This document shows, piece by piece, positions 26,317 through 34,512 of a DNA stretch of 64,000 nucleotides. A model generated the notes under the pieces. The model did not search any database and was not told the origin of the DNA. It worked only from the letters and a program-made list of their open reading frames with translations. How positions within the stretch are numbered: position 1 is the first letter of the stretch; each line of letters starts with the position of its first letter. The stretch is from Victivallaceae bacterium (GTDB lineage Bacteria; Verrucomicrobiota; Lentisphaeria; Victivallales; Victivallaceae): positions 70,362 through 134,361 of the forward strand of contig JAVBRM010000023.1 of assembly GCA_031548025.1 (NCBI GenBank), given 5' to 3'. Position numbers and translations under genes: made by a program.

Positions 26317-29300
26317 CTATCTGGGAGTTATTTTGTAAACATGACGCTGGAATCCCAGCCAGGTGTCTTCCAGGCTATCCCCCTGCAGCGGCAGGTTTCT
26401 GTCCTCAAACAGTACCTCGGCATTTTTAACCGCCGGTATGGCGGAGAGGTCGAAGCGGGCACGGATTGGCGAACGGGATTCATTGACCGTTATCAAATAA
26501 AGTGCGCCGTCATATTTCTTCAGCGTGAAACGGATATCCGGAGAAGCGGTCGCAATCTTCGGCACTTCTTCCAGAGAAATCAGCGGATCCTGAATCTGCC
26601 GGATTTCCTTGAAAAGCTGTTTTATTTTTTCGAATGACGACGGAGCTTTCGGGAAAGACGCCCAGTATGCGATGGCGCGGCACCCGTTGATCAGACAAAT
26701 GTAAGTTTGATATTCCTGTTCCTGCGGCAGAATATCGCGGCTCGTATGATATCCATAGCCGGCAACAAAAGGAATAGCCCATCCCGGACGCCCTTCTTTC
26801 TCGCCCATTTTCATCAAGGTCCTGGAATAATTGTTCCAAAGCTGGACATTGCCGTTCGGAGGCCAGGCATAATAATCCAAGGTAGGTATGTCGCCGGGCC
26901 ATTCAAGCCCTTTCTGGACCATATAATTCATGCCATGGGAATTGTCCAGCAAAACCGCCGGGCGGTACGGATCGGCCTCTCTGACCAAGTCGATATCGCT
27001 GAGAATTTTTCCCGGATCTTTCTGCCCGAGCGATCCGGCGAATGCTTCGTCGTAAGTATACCATGTCAGTATGGCCGGATGCGCTTTGTATTTACTGATG
27101 ACGTCCAACTCCATGTTGCCGTCTTTTCTGTTTCGTATATCCAGCTCGAACATGACCCCGTGTTTTTTTCCGGCCTCAAGAACCGCATCCGAAATCTTGG
27201 TATAGGAATGGATGAAATTTACTCCGCCTTCCGCCAGGAATTCAATCAGTTCCGGAGTCAGGTTTCCTTCCCAGAAGAAACCGAGTGGCAGATACGGCTT
27301 TCCGTTTATCAGGGTAATCCGGCGAAAACGATCGATTTTCACTTCATTTTTCGAGGGAGCCAATTTGCTGAACGGAATTTCAGCGACGGCAATTTCTTTT
27401 CCGTCTTCAATCAAACGGCACGATGCCTTATACTTTCCGTTTTTCCATTCTCCAACAGGCAATTTTGCTTCGAACCGGCCATTTCGAATCGGCAAGGCAG
27501 TGCGGTACACGCTGTTTCCTTCCCCATCCCGAATTTCAGTCTCCAATTTCGACCGGGCCTGCAGTTCGGAATTGGCTCCGGTCGTCCCCTGCAGCAGCAG
27601 TGTTTCTTCCGAGGTGCAATAATTGTATTGGGTCAGGATGGAGAGCAGATTGCCGGCGGAAAGTGTCGTTTTCGCGGAAGACACTTCACGCTCGCCATCG
27701 GCAAGCGCCATTTCGATGGTGAAACGTTCCGTCTGACTTCCCGGTACCATCCCCAGCACGACCCTGCTTTCCTGTTTATCGGCAAGATCGACTTGTTTTT
27801 GGAAAGCAAGAGCTTTTCCGCTTTCCTCCGAAACCACTTTGATCTCCAGGTTTGCGCTGACTTTGGCACCGGTATTGTTGAATACGATCGCGGAAAGTTC
27901 ATTTTTTCCGGCCCCCGCATATTGCAGGACGGGATCTTTAATTCCGGCAATGAAACGCTTCTGGATATCCGAACGGATTTCAAGCTGCCCGAAGCGAAGC
28001 GGTACATGAAACCCGCCGTACGTCGGCGCCCAGGTGGAAATTTCGCCCTTCCGCGGATTGTTCCGGCAGATATTGAAACCCCAGAGATCGGTATTGTTGT
28101 GGTCGATATTCATATCGCTGAACGGCAGAAACAGTTCGGCAGTCCAGCCGGAACCATCCTTTTTACGCGCGGTCTTGACTTGCCACTTGCCGTTCCAGTT
28201 GACGTCGCCGATATTGTTGTCATACTGCACGCCGTCCACATTGAATGCCAGTTGATGATAAGTGGCTCGGGTCAGCTTGGAATCGATGAACAATTCAATC
28301 GACGGATCGCCCCAGACATATTCGTCCCGCCTGGTTTTCTTGCATTTGATTTGGTCGGAGCCCGCCTCATCCGCATCGATGCCGATCCAGATTCCCGCCG
28401 CGGTATAAAAGATTCTTGCTGATGTTTTCTCCTGCGGTTCTCTTCCGCTCGTAGTATTTAACGAAACGGGAGGAACTTTTCCCCAGACCGGATCATTGAG
28501 CAACCCATCCATGACCGGGGATTCTTCGATAAACGGCGTTTTATGCACCGGAACCTCATAAAGCGGTTTGTCCGGATTTCCTTCATGCGTGGCGAGACGC
28601 CGTTCCGCATTGGCGAGCTGGAACGGGGTGGGTTTTTCGCCGGGCTCCAGCTGAACGGCATCAATCCAGTATGTTCCCTTGCTGTAAGGAATAAACATCA
28701 GCGGACCATTCCCGGTCGCAGTAGGAGTAAATGTCAATTCATAGCGTTGCCAATCGGTTGTAAGGGTCATGAGTTTTTCATTTTTCGCTCCCCCGGGAGC
28801 CCCGAACCCTCTCATCATGATTTTCATTTCCGGCGCATCGGATTTCATATAGGCGGAAAGGGTATAGACTGTATCCTTTTTTTCCCGTTGAAAACAGCTC
28901 CAAAGCGTATAGGAAAGCTTAGCCTTGCCGTTTTCCGTATTGACGATGCGCAAACTCCGCTGACCATGAAACGCGGTCGAGCTATCCGAGCCGAAACGTT
29001 TGACCCATTCCGTATTATATTTGACTATCACCTCCGGTTCGACGAGTCCCCACGCCGGCACTCCCCAGTAGTCAGGCAGCCCGTCCAAAGTACATTGCTC
29101 AAAACTGGCGTTGAGAACCGAATTCGGTGAATTTCCGGTATCCGCTTTCAGCTCCGGATCTTTTTCGCTCTCGAGTATTTTCAGCGAAAAATCCATGATT
29201 TCAAGCTGGCTGTAATAAACATAGAAAGTGAATTTATCCGTTTTTTCCGGTAAATCTTTTCTTTCCGCTACGAGTTCATTGTTGATCCTGATCGCCAGGG

Positions 29301-29751
29301 ACGGCCCCTTGACGGTAATCAGGAAATCGGTCCATTCGGCGTCTTCTCCGATGCCGATTTCCCGCTGAAACATTTTCCCGAACCCGGTATGGATCTTTCG
29401 CTCGGGAATCTGCTGAACCAGGAGCTTCCCGCGAGTATAAATGGAAACACCATTGCGCGGCGAAAAACCGAAATGCTGATCTTTCGGATTCTGCCCGAGC
29501 TTGCGAACCCGGAACTGGACCTCATAATCCCCCAGGTCATTCCGCTCGATGGCAAATCCGCTCAAACCTTTTTCCCGGTGGTCCGGACTCCGGAGAATGC
29601 CGTGGTCTGTTTTCCAGTTCGGATTATTGAACTTGATTTCTTTCGGCAGAGCCGTACCCGAAAAATCGGGAATGATGAGCGCCGGCGCATCCTGCGCATA
29701 AATCGCTCCCGCAATCAACAGGGCGGGAATCATAAGTTTCAGAAAAGACAT
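26317..29751 (-). CDS. secreted 1144-aa multidomain protein (DUF1080/LamG-like N-domain, CBM4_9-like, CBM9-like, C-terminal TIM-barrel-like hydrolase region)
   Basis: Signal peptide MSFLKLMIPALLIAGAIYAQDAP. GILRSPDHREKGLSGFAIERNDLGDYEVQFRVRK resembles DUF1080. NSVLNASFEQ...YWG is a CBM4_9-like start. VMDGLLNDPVWGKVPPVSL...ARIFYTAAGIWIGIDADE...DPSIELFID is CBM9-like. Confidence 0.8.
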   Translation of the reverse strand: MSFLKLMIPALLIAGAIYAQDAPALIIPDFSGTALPKEIKFNNPNWKTDHGILRSPDHREKGLSGFAIERNDLGDYEVQFRVRKLGQNPKDQHFGFSPRNGVSIYTRGKLLVQQIPERKIHTGFGKMFQREIGIGEDAEWTDFLITVKGPSLAIRINNELVAERKDLPEKTDKFTFYVYYSQLEIMDFSLKILESEKDPELKADTGNSPNSVLNASFEQCTLDGLPDYWGVPAWGLVEPEVIVKYNTEWVKRFGSDSSTAFHGQRSLRIVNTENGKAKLSYTLWSCFQREKKDTVYTLSAYMKSDAPEMKIMMRGFGAPGGAKNEKLMTLTTDWQRYELTFTPTATGNGPLMFIPYSKGTYWIDAVQLEPGEKPTPFQLANAERRLATHEGNPDKPLYEVPVHKTPFIEESPVMDGLLNDPVWGKVPPVSLNTTSGREPQEKTSARIFYTAAGIWIGIDADEAGSDQIKCKKTRRDEYVWGDPSIELFIDSKLTRATYHQLAFNVDGVQYDNNIGDVNWNGKWQVKTARKKDGSGWTAELFLPFSDMNIDHNNTDLWGFNICRNNPRKGEISTWAPTYGGFHVPLRFGQLEIRSDIQKRFIAGIKDPVLQYAGAGKNELSAIVFNNTGAKVSANLEIKVVSEESGKALAFQKQVDLADKQESRVVLGMVPGSQTERFTIEMALADGEREVSSAKTTLSAGNLLSILTQYNYCTSEETLLLQGTTGANSELQARSKLETEIRDGEGNSVYRTALPIRNGRFEAKLPVGEWKNGKYKASCRLIEDGKEIAVAEIPFSKLAPSKNEVKIDRFRRITLINGKPYLPLGFFWEGNLTPELIEFLAEGGVNFIHSYTKISDAVLEAGKKHGVMFELDIRNRKDGNMELDVISKYKAHPAILTWYTYDEAFAGSLGQKDPGKILSDIDLVREADPYRPAVLLDNSHGMNYMVQKGLEWPGDIPTLDYYAWPPNGNVQLWNNYSRTLMKMGEKEGRPGWAIPFVAGYGYHTSRDILPQEQEYQTYICLINGCRAIAYWASFPKAPSSFEKIKQLFKEIRQIQDPLISLEEVPKIATASPDIRFTLKKYDGALYLITVNESRSPIRARFDLSAIPAVKNAEVLFEDRNLPLQGDSLEDTWLGFQRHVYKITPR

Positions 29752-29775
29752 ACTATGTTCTCCTTTATTCTGGTT

Positions 29776-29939
29776 TTAGGGAGTTGGAAATTGCTGAAAT
29801 ACCGTTGATTTTCAAAAGATTCCCGAGTGATTTTTCGTTGAATTTGTGAGGAGCATAACGAGTTATGTAACGAACAAATCCGGCAAAAAGCACCGGGAAG
29901 ATTCGAAAATTGGTATTTCAGCATTTTCTGACTCCCTTA
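29776..29939. repeat. 164-bp element bounded by 28-nt imperfect terminal inverted repeats (MITE-like or long mRNA hairpin)
   Basis: The left arm TTAGGGAGTTGGAAATTGCTGAAATACC (29776-29803) pairs with the right arm GGTATTTCAGCATTTTCTGACTCCCTTA (29912-29939). By manual alignment 24 of 28 positions are complementary. The 108-nt interior holds a CCGGcaaaaagcaCCGG hairpin. The element fills the gap between the pilin-like gene and the 1144-aa gene. Confidence 0.65.
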
Positions 29940-29949
29940 GATTAATGAA

Positions 29950-30726
29950 TTATGGAATCCATTTCGGATTCGGGCACCAATTCTGAATGGTCCATGGCTT
30001 CGTCCCGGCGGGATTATGCACATGGCCCAAATATGAGTTGAGCGGCAGATACGTGACCGAACCGTCGAGGCGTCCGAAATTGCTTCCGTTGCTGTGCCCG
30101 AATCCATGAAGCGGAAAACGGCTGGAATCATATCCCATGAAATCGCCGTTATGCGCGGTCAAATAGCCGAACGCGGCATTGCTGGAAGAAAATACTCCAC
30201 CGGAGCGCCGGAGCAAACCACCGCCCCAAAGATGACCGCGCGGCGTATTCACCACACAGGAAAAATAGATACAGTTATTTTTTATCTTTCCGGCTTTCTG
30301 GCCGGTCGGATATCCTTGGATCATCAGATCAGACCTTCGCGAAAGCCATGAGGTCGGAGCATTGAGGGCGTACGAGAGCGGGGTATAATACGAATAACGT
30401 ATCGTATCATCGGAGGCGCAGCGGAACATCTTGTCCGCACTGCCGGCATAACTCCAAACCAAGCCATGCCAGCGCTCCAGGGATTCAGGCTCCTCATCAT
30501 TGGTGATCCCGGTGTTGTAATACGTAACCAGAACCGTATCGTCATAATCCGCGATATAACCGATACCTCCCGCCGTCAGGTTTTTCAGATTGGAAATACA
30601 ACTGATGGCTCGCGCTTTCAGCCGGGCTTTGTTCAAGGCAGGCAGCAGCAGCGCTGCCAGAATCATAATAATAGCAATCACGATCAAGAGTTCGACGAGT
30701 GTGAAAAAATCTTTTCCGGGAGTCAT
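29950..30726 (-). CDS. prepilin-type N-terminal cleavage/methylation domain protein, DUF1559 / H-X9-DG family
   Basis: [50 protein letters not shown] at the N-terminus. The C-terminal [13 protein letters not shown] fits H-X9-DG. The start is chosen by analogy with the short leaders of the four paralogues; in-frame alternatives are at 30759 and 30783. Confidence 0.88.
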   Translation of the reverse strand: MTPGKDFFTLVELLIVIAIIMILAALLLPALNKARLKARAISCISNLKNLTAGGIGYIADYDDTVLVTYYNTGITNDEEPESLERWHGLVWSYAGSADKMFRCASDDTIRYSYYTPLSYALNAPTSWLSRRSDLMIQGYPTGQKAGKIKNNCIYFSCVVNTPRGHLWGGGLLRRSGGVFSSSNAAFGYLTAHNGDFMGYDSSRFPLHGFGHSNGSNFGRLDGSVTYLPLNSYLGHVHNPAGTKPWTIQNWCPNPKWIP

Positions 30727-30792
30727 TTTTATTTTTCTATTCAGGCTCAATTTATTCATTCTCCTTGCTGCTTTTATTTGCATTCGGTGAAC

Positions 30793-31809
30793 TCACATCA
30801 AAACCTCATCCGGCACTTCCAGATCCGAGGCCAGAACTCCTTTCCTTCCTCTGTCACTCCAGCCTTCGCGGAAAATCTTCCACGGCGTCCGCTTGCGAAA
30901 CGGAAAGGCGAATTTCTTTTTCAAGCGGCCGGTTTTCTCCAGATGAATATAACACTCGCGCATACATCCGAGTCCCCCCTCCAAAGCCGACATATGCCGG
31001 TTGTACGGCATGATATTTTCCACAACGGCCAGACGTCCCCAGTCACTCCCGAGTTCTTCATAAGCCCTGAAATCTTTCGGCAGAAACGGATTATACTCGG
31101 GATTGCCGCCGCGATAGGCCAGAGTGCATTTGTCCAGATCGATCTTCGCGAATTCAATCTTGTGTCCGGCAACGATGCAAGTATCGCTCTCGTCCGCGGA
31201 TATCGCACTGCCGGTACAGCCGCGCACACAGCATTGACAACGGTCGCAAATAGGCCCCTCGAAAATAGGGTCCGGTTCAAGTTCCGCATCCGTGAGAATC
31301 GTGACAAAACGCTGAAGCGGTCCGAATTCAGGCGTGAGAAATACTTTGCTCCAGCCGAATTCGCCAAGTCCGCAGATGTAAGCCGCGATCCTCTGATCGA
31401 TCATGATATCGGGTGCCGGAAGCCCCTCGCGTACCGGAATCGCACGCTCCAGAACCCGTCCGTTCTGATCGACATTCTGCGCCAGTTGGATATTGGGATG
31501 CGGCACCGCTTCATAGCCGTGGTCTTCGATAAAACAGCAAAGCCGGCGCATGACTGACGGCGCAAAAACCTCATTGATCCCGGCATAGCCCATGGTGGTA
31601 TAGGGCGCAAAACAAGTCCCTTCCTCAATCCCCCGTAAATATCCGCGCGGAATACGAAACGCCAGCGAAATACAGCTTTTTGCCTCGGGAAAAATATAAC
31701 GGGGGTCACGTTCCTTCGGAGCGCCGTCCCAGCGCTCCATACTGCCGATTCCGACCAGATCGGCGCCGAACTCTTTTGCCGCCCGCTTGATGTCTTTCGA
31801 TGCAAACAT
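30793..31809 (-). CDS. 4Fe-4S protein, reductive-dehalogenase / epoxyqueuosine-reductase (QueG)-like
   Basis: Canonical ferredoxin motif CDRCQCCVRGC (C-x2-C-x2-C-x3-C). The N-terminal MFASKDIKRAAKEFGADLVGIGSMERWDGAP...IFPEAKSCISLAFRIP resembles the RDase/QueG N-domain. No signal peptide or TAT motif. The family call is tentative. Confidence 0.6.
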   Translation of the reverse strand: MFASKDIKRAAKEFGADLVGIGSMERWDGAPKERDPRYIFPEAKSCISLAFRIPRGYLRGIEEGTCFAPYTTMGYAGINEVFAPSVMRRLCCFIEDHGYEAVPHPNIQLAQNVDQNGRVLERAIPVREGLPAPDIMIDQRIAAYICGLGEFGWSKVFLTPEFGPLQRFVTILTDAELEPDPIFEGPICDRCQCCVRGCTGSAISADESDTCIVAGHKIEFAKIDLDKCTLAYRGGNPEYNPFLPKDFRAYEELGSDWGRLAVVENIMPYNRHMSALEGGLGCMRECYIHLEKTGRLKKKFAFPFRKRTPWKIFREGWSDRGRKGVLASDLEVPDEVLM

Positions 31810-32018
31810 AGTAGATTCCTTTTTTACTTACATACTATTATAAGGCAAAAAAATAAAATATCTTTGAATTTCTCGACAAAATTTTGTATTTTTCCGACAA
31901 ACAACAAATTTCCGGGACGTCAGATGACACTCCAGTCATTCTCTTTGTTTTTCAGCAGGGAAAAGAGTTTTTGCAGTTTTTCCACGATCAACGGTTTCAG
32001 ATTTGCGCTTCAAAAACG

Positions 32019-32858
32019 CTATATCTGTTTGCGGAATTCCAGCGGCGGACAATGATATTTTCGGCGGAACTGACTGGAAAAGTGAAATTGGGAGGAATAT
32101 CCCAGCCGGAATGCGATCTCCTTGATCGAAAGCTCCGTATTTTTCAGCAGATACTCGGCGGCAAGCATCTTGCGGGATATCCAGTAGGCGCTGACGCTGA
32201 GCCCGAGATGTGCTCGAAACATTCTGTCCAGCACCGAATGGCTGACCCTGAATTTCTCCTGCAGCGATTTCACCGAGACCGGCAAATGTACCGATGCGTC
32301 GATCTCGTTCATGATTTTTCGCATTTGCTCGGGCGGCTCGTCGGCGGGATGCGCCAGCTCGGAGAGATAATACAGCAGATACCAGGTATCGCCCATGATC
32401 GCCGGAATGTCTTCGCGGCAAGCCGTGGACAGCTTTTTCCCGATCCCTTGCAGCCGCTCGATCACCGCCGCCACATCCGGCACCGGAAAATGGGAAACTG
32501 TATTCAGGTTCAATTGCCCGGCAATTTCATCCAATGCGGTTCCCTTGAGTTCCAATACATGCTTTTTATAACTGCCGCCGGTGGTATGCGATTCAAAACG
32601 ATACGTCGACCGAACCGGAATGATGATGCACTCCCCGGCCTTGACCACGCCGTCGAAATTCCCCGCCTGATAGTGAATTTCGCCTTCCGTGACAATCGAA
32701 ATCACCAGATAATTCACACAGGAAATCGAGACGGAATAAGCCGCCAGCCGGTCGACCTCTTCCACGCAGTACGGATACAGCGGCGGTTCGGCGTCCTGCT
32801 TATAATTCCAATAATTACATGTATACGAGAGGACGCCGCCGATATCGGTTCTTGCCAT
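32019..32858 (-). CDS. AraC-family transcriptional regulator
   Basis: C-terminal HTH ...SVKSLQEKFRVSHSVLDRMFRAHLGLSVSAYWISRKMLAAEYLLKNTELSIKEIAFRLGYSSQFHFSSQFRRKYHCPPLEFRKQI. ATG 32858 begins 4 nt after the upstream stop; the track start 32927 would overlap the upstream gene by 65 nt. Confidence 0.85.
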   Translation of the reverse strand: MARTDIGGVLSYTCNYWNYKQDAEPPLYPYCVEEVDRLAAYSVSISCVNYLVISIVTEGEIHYQAGNFDGVVKAGECIIIPVRSTYRFESHTTGGSYKKHVLELKGTALDEIAGQLNLNTVSHFPVPDVAAVIERLQGIGKKLSTACREDIPAIMGDTWYLLYYLSELAHPADEPPEQMRKIMNEIDASVHLPVSVKSLQEKFRVSHSVLDRMFRAHLGLSVSAYWISRKMLAAEYLLKNTELSIKEIAFRLGYSSQFHFSSQFRRKYHCPPLEFRKQI

Positions 32859-32862
32859 CGCC

Positions 32863-34446
32863 TCAACCCATTTCGGGGCCGAATATGGCAAACAACTGTT
32901 TATCGTACCAGTCGCCACAAGGCTCACCCCGGTACATGCGGAGGAAATTCCGCTCCGGATGGGCTCCGAGCTTTTTCAACTCATCCAGGAACTCCGCCTG
33001 AGTTTCCGGAATATCCACCTGGAACGGCACCGACGGATCGAGCTGGGCGAAATACGCCACCGCCGCCAATGCGTCCTCCAGCGAATCCGCCCCCAGAGCT
33101 CCCACCTGACGGAACAGCCGCCCGGTGCGCCCCAGGAACCAGGACGCAATCCGGCCGCCGCGCATTCCGACATGCGCCATGCCGGAATATTCGCGCAGAA
33201 AAGTCAGAAATACCTCCGGGCGCTCCACCCCGGTAAAGCCGCTTTCACGTTTAGCCAGCTCCGGCACATCGGTTTCATGCATCGGCCGCCAGTCCAGATC
33301 ACCCACGGCTTCGATCCGCGGCAAATGCCGGAAACTGACCCGGCAAACGTTTTTCTCCGCCTGAAACCCGAGCTTGGCATACAAAGGCGCTCCGGCAGCC
33401 GAAGCGTCAAGCTTGATCGTCTTGTAATCGGCATAGCGCTCCAACAATTCCACCATCAGCCGCGTGGCGATCGAACAACCGCGCCATTGCGGCTCGGTAA
33501 TCACCAATCCGATACTGGCCAATCGCTTACGCCAACCGGAAATCGCGGCCGTGCCGATGATCCGGTTCTGCCGGACCATGCCCAGGACCATCCCGGAGTC
33601 GATGAAAAATTTCCAATCGGCGGCATATTGATTCCAGTTGACACTCAAACTCAGCTCCAGCAGCCGCGGCAAATCGCTGCAGTCGAGCACCCGCGACACC
33701 ATGCCGCCGGCCCCCGAATAGTTGCGGGTCTTCCGCAACCGGGCAACCCGTTCTTCAATTTGCGCCATAAATACCGGCCAACGCTGTTCGCAAAGCGCCT
33801 TGCCCTTTTCCTCCGAAGCCAGATCGGGACGCCCAGGCACGCCCAGCGGATTGAAATGTCCCACTCCGAATGTCGTCAAGTCCGTCTGCGCCAGATTGGT
33901 CAGATTGCCTCCGCACTCCGGCGCCTTGCAGGCTCTGCCGCTCAAATGCATGTAAATCGAAGTCTCGACTTCCCCGGCATGGATGTCCATGATACCGTCG
34001 CGCCGGGTTTCCATGATATCGCCGCCGCCGATGCCGCTGAACGGCGCCGCCAGGATCAGTTTGATCCCGCGATCCAGCCGGTTGATATCGCGGCAGACCG
34101 GCCCCAGGGCGAAATTGCCGCCGTGACCGTTGATCACCAGCATAATGGTAAACCCCTGCCGCTCGGCCTCGTCAGCCATATCCCGAATTACCGCCATCAA
34201 GGTTTCAGGCCGCAGCGAAAAACTGCCGCGAAACCCGGAATGTTCCAAACTGTTTGCTACTCCGATCACCGGAAGCAAGGCCGCGTCGAAACGCTCCGCC
34301 ACCCGCCGCGCGGCATATTCGGCCAACCACGCGTCGGTGTTCACCGGCAAATGCGTGCCGTGCTGTTCCATAGCTCCCACCGGCAGCACGATGATATCGG
34401 TACGATGCCGCTGCCACTCAATCGAAGTGTTATTACCGTCGATCAT
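32863..34446 (-). CDS. creatininase-family amidohydrolase fused to a GNAT N-acetyltransferase (YitH-like two-part GNAT)
   Basis: Residues 1 to about 245 carry creatininase-family motifs (VLPVGAMEQHGTHLPVNTD, SLEHSGFRGSFSL, VINGHGGN, DIHAGEVETS). From about residue 250 the protein is GNAT (VLGMVRQNRIIGTAAISGW...GLVITEPQWRGCSIATRLMVELLERY...KLDASAAGAPLYAKLGFQ) with a further C-terminal subdomain. GGAGG lies upstream of ATG 34446. Confidence 0.8.
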   Translation of the reverse strand: MIDGNNTSIEWQRHRTDIIVLPVGAMEQHGTHLPVNTDAWLAEYAARRVAERFDAALLPVIGVANSLEHSGFRGSFSLRPETLMAVIRDMADEAERQGFTIMLVINGHGGNFALGPVCRDINRLDRGIKLILAAPFSGIGGGDIMETRRDGIMDIHAGEVETSIYMHLSGRACKAPECGGNLTNLAQTDLTTFGVGHFNPLGVPGRPDLASEEKGKALCEQRWPVFMAQIEERVARLRKTRNYSGAGGMVSRVLDCSDLPRLLELSLSVNWNQYAADWKFFIDSGMVLGMVRQNRIIGTAAISGWRKRLASIGLVITEPQWRGCSIATRLMVELLERYADYKTIKLDASAAGAPLYAKLGFQAEKNVCRVSFRHLPRIEAVGDLDWRPMHETDVPELAKRESGFTGVERPEVFLTFLREYSGMAHVGMRGGRIASWFLGRTGRLFRQVGALGADSLEDALAAVAYFAQLDPSVPFQVDIPETQAEFLDELKKLGAHPERNFLRMYRGEPCGDWYDKQLFAIFGPEMG

Positions 34447-34481
34447 GATATTTCCTCCGAATAAATCTGCTGGTTTTCATT

Positions 34482-34512
34482 ATTATATTGCATGAATAAT
34501 GATTTTAAAATG
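34482..34512 (-). promoter_or_regulatory. conserved 31-nt promoter box, copy 1 (TATAAT -10 plus ATTTTAAAAT palindrome)
   Basis: The reverse strand reads CATTTTAAAATCATTATTCATGCAATATAAT. TATAAT (34487-34482) lies about 36 nt upstream of ATG 34446. It matches the box at 43924-43954 at 28 of 31 positions. Confidence 0.6.
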
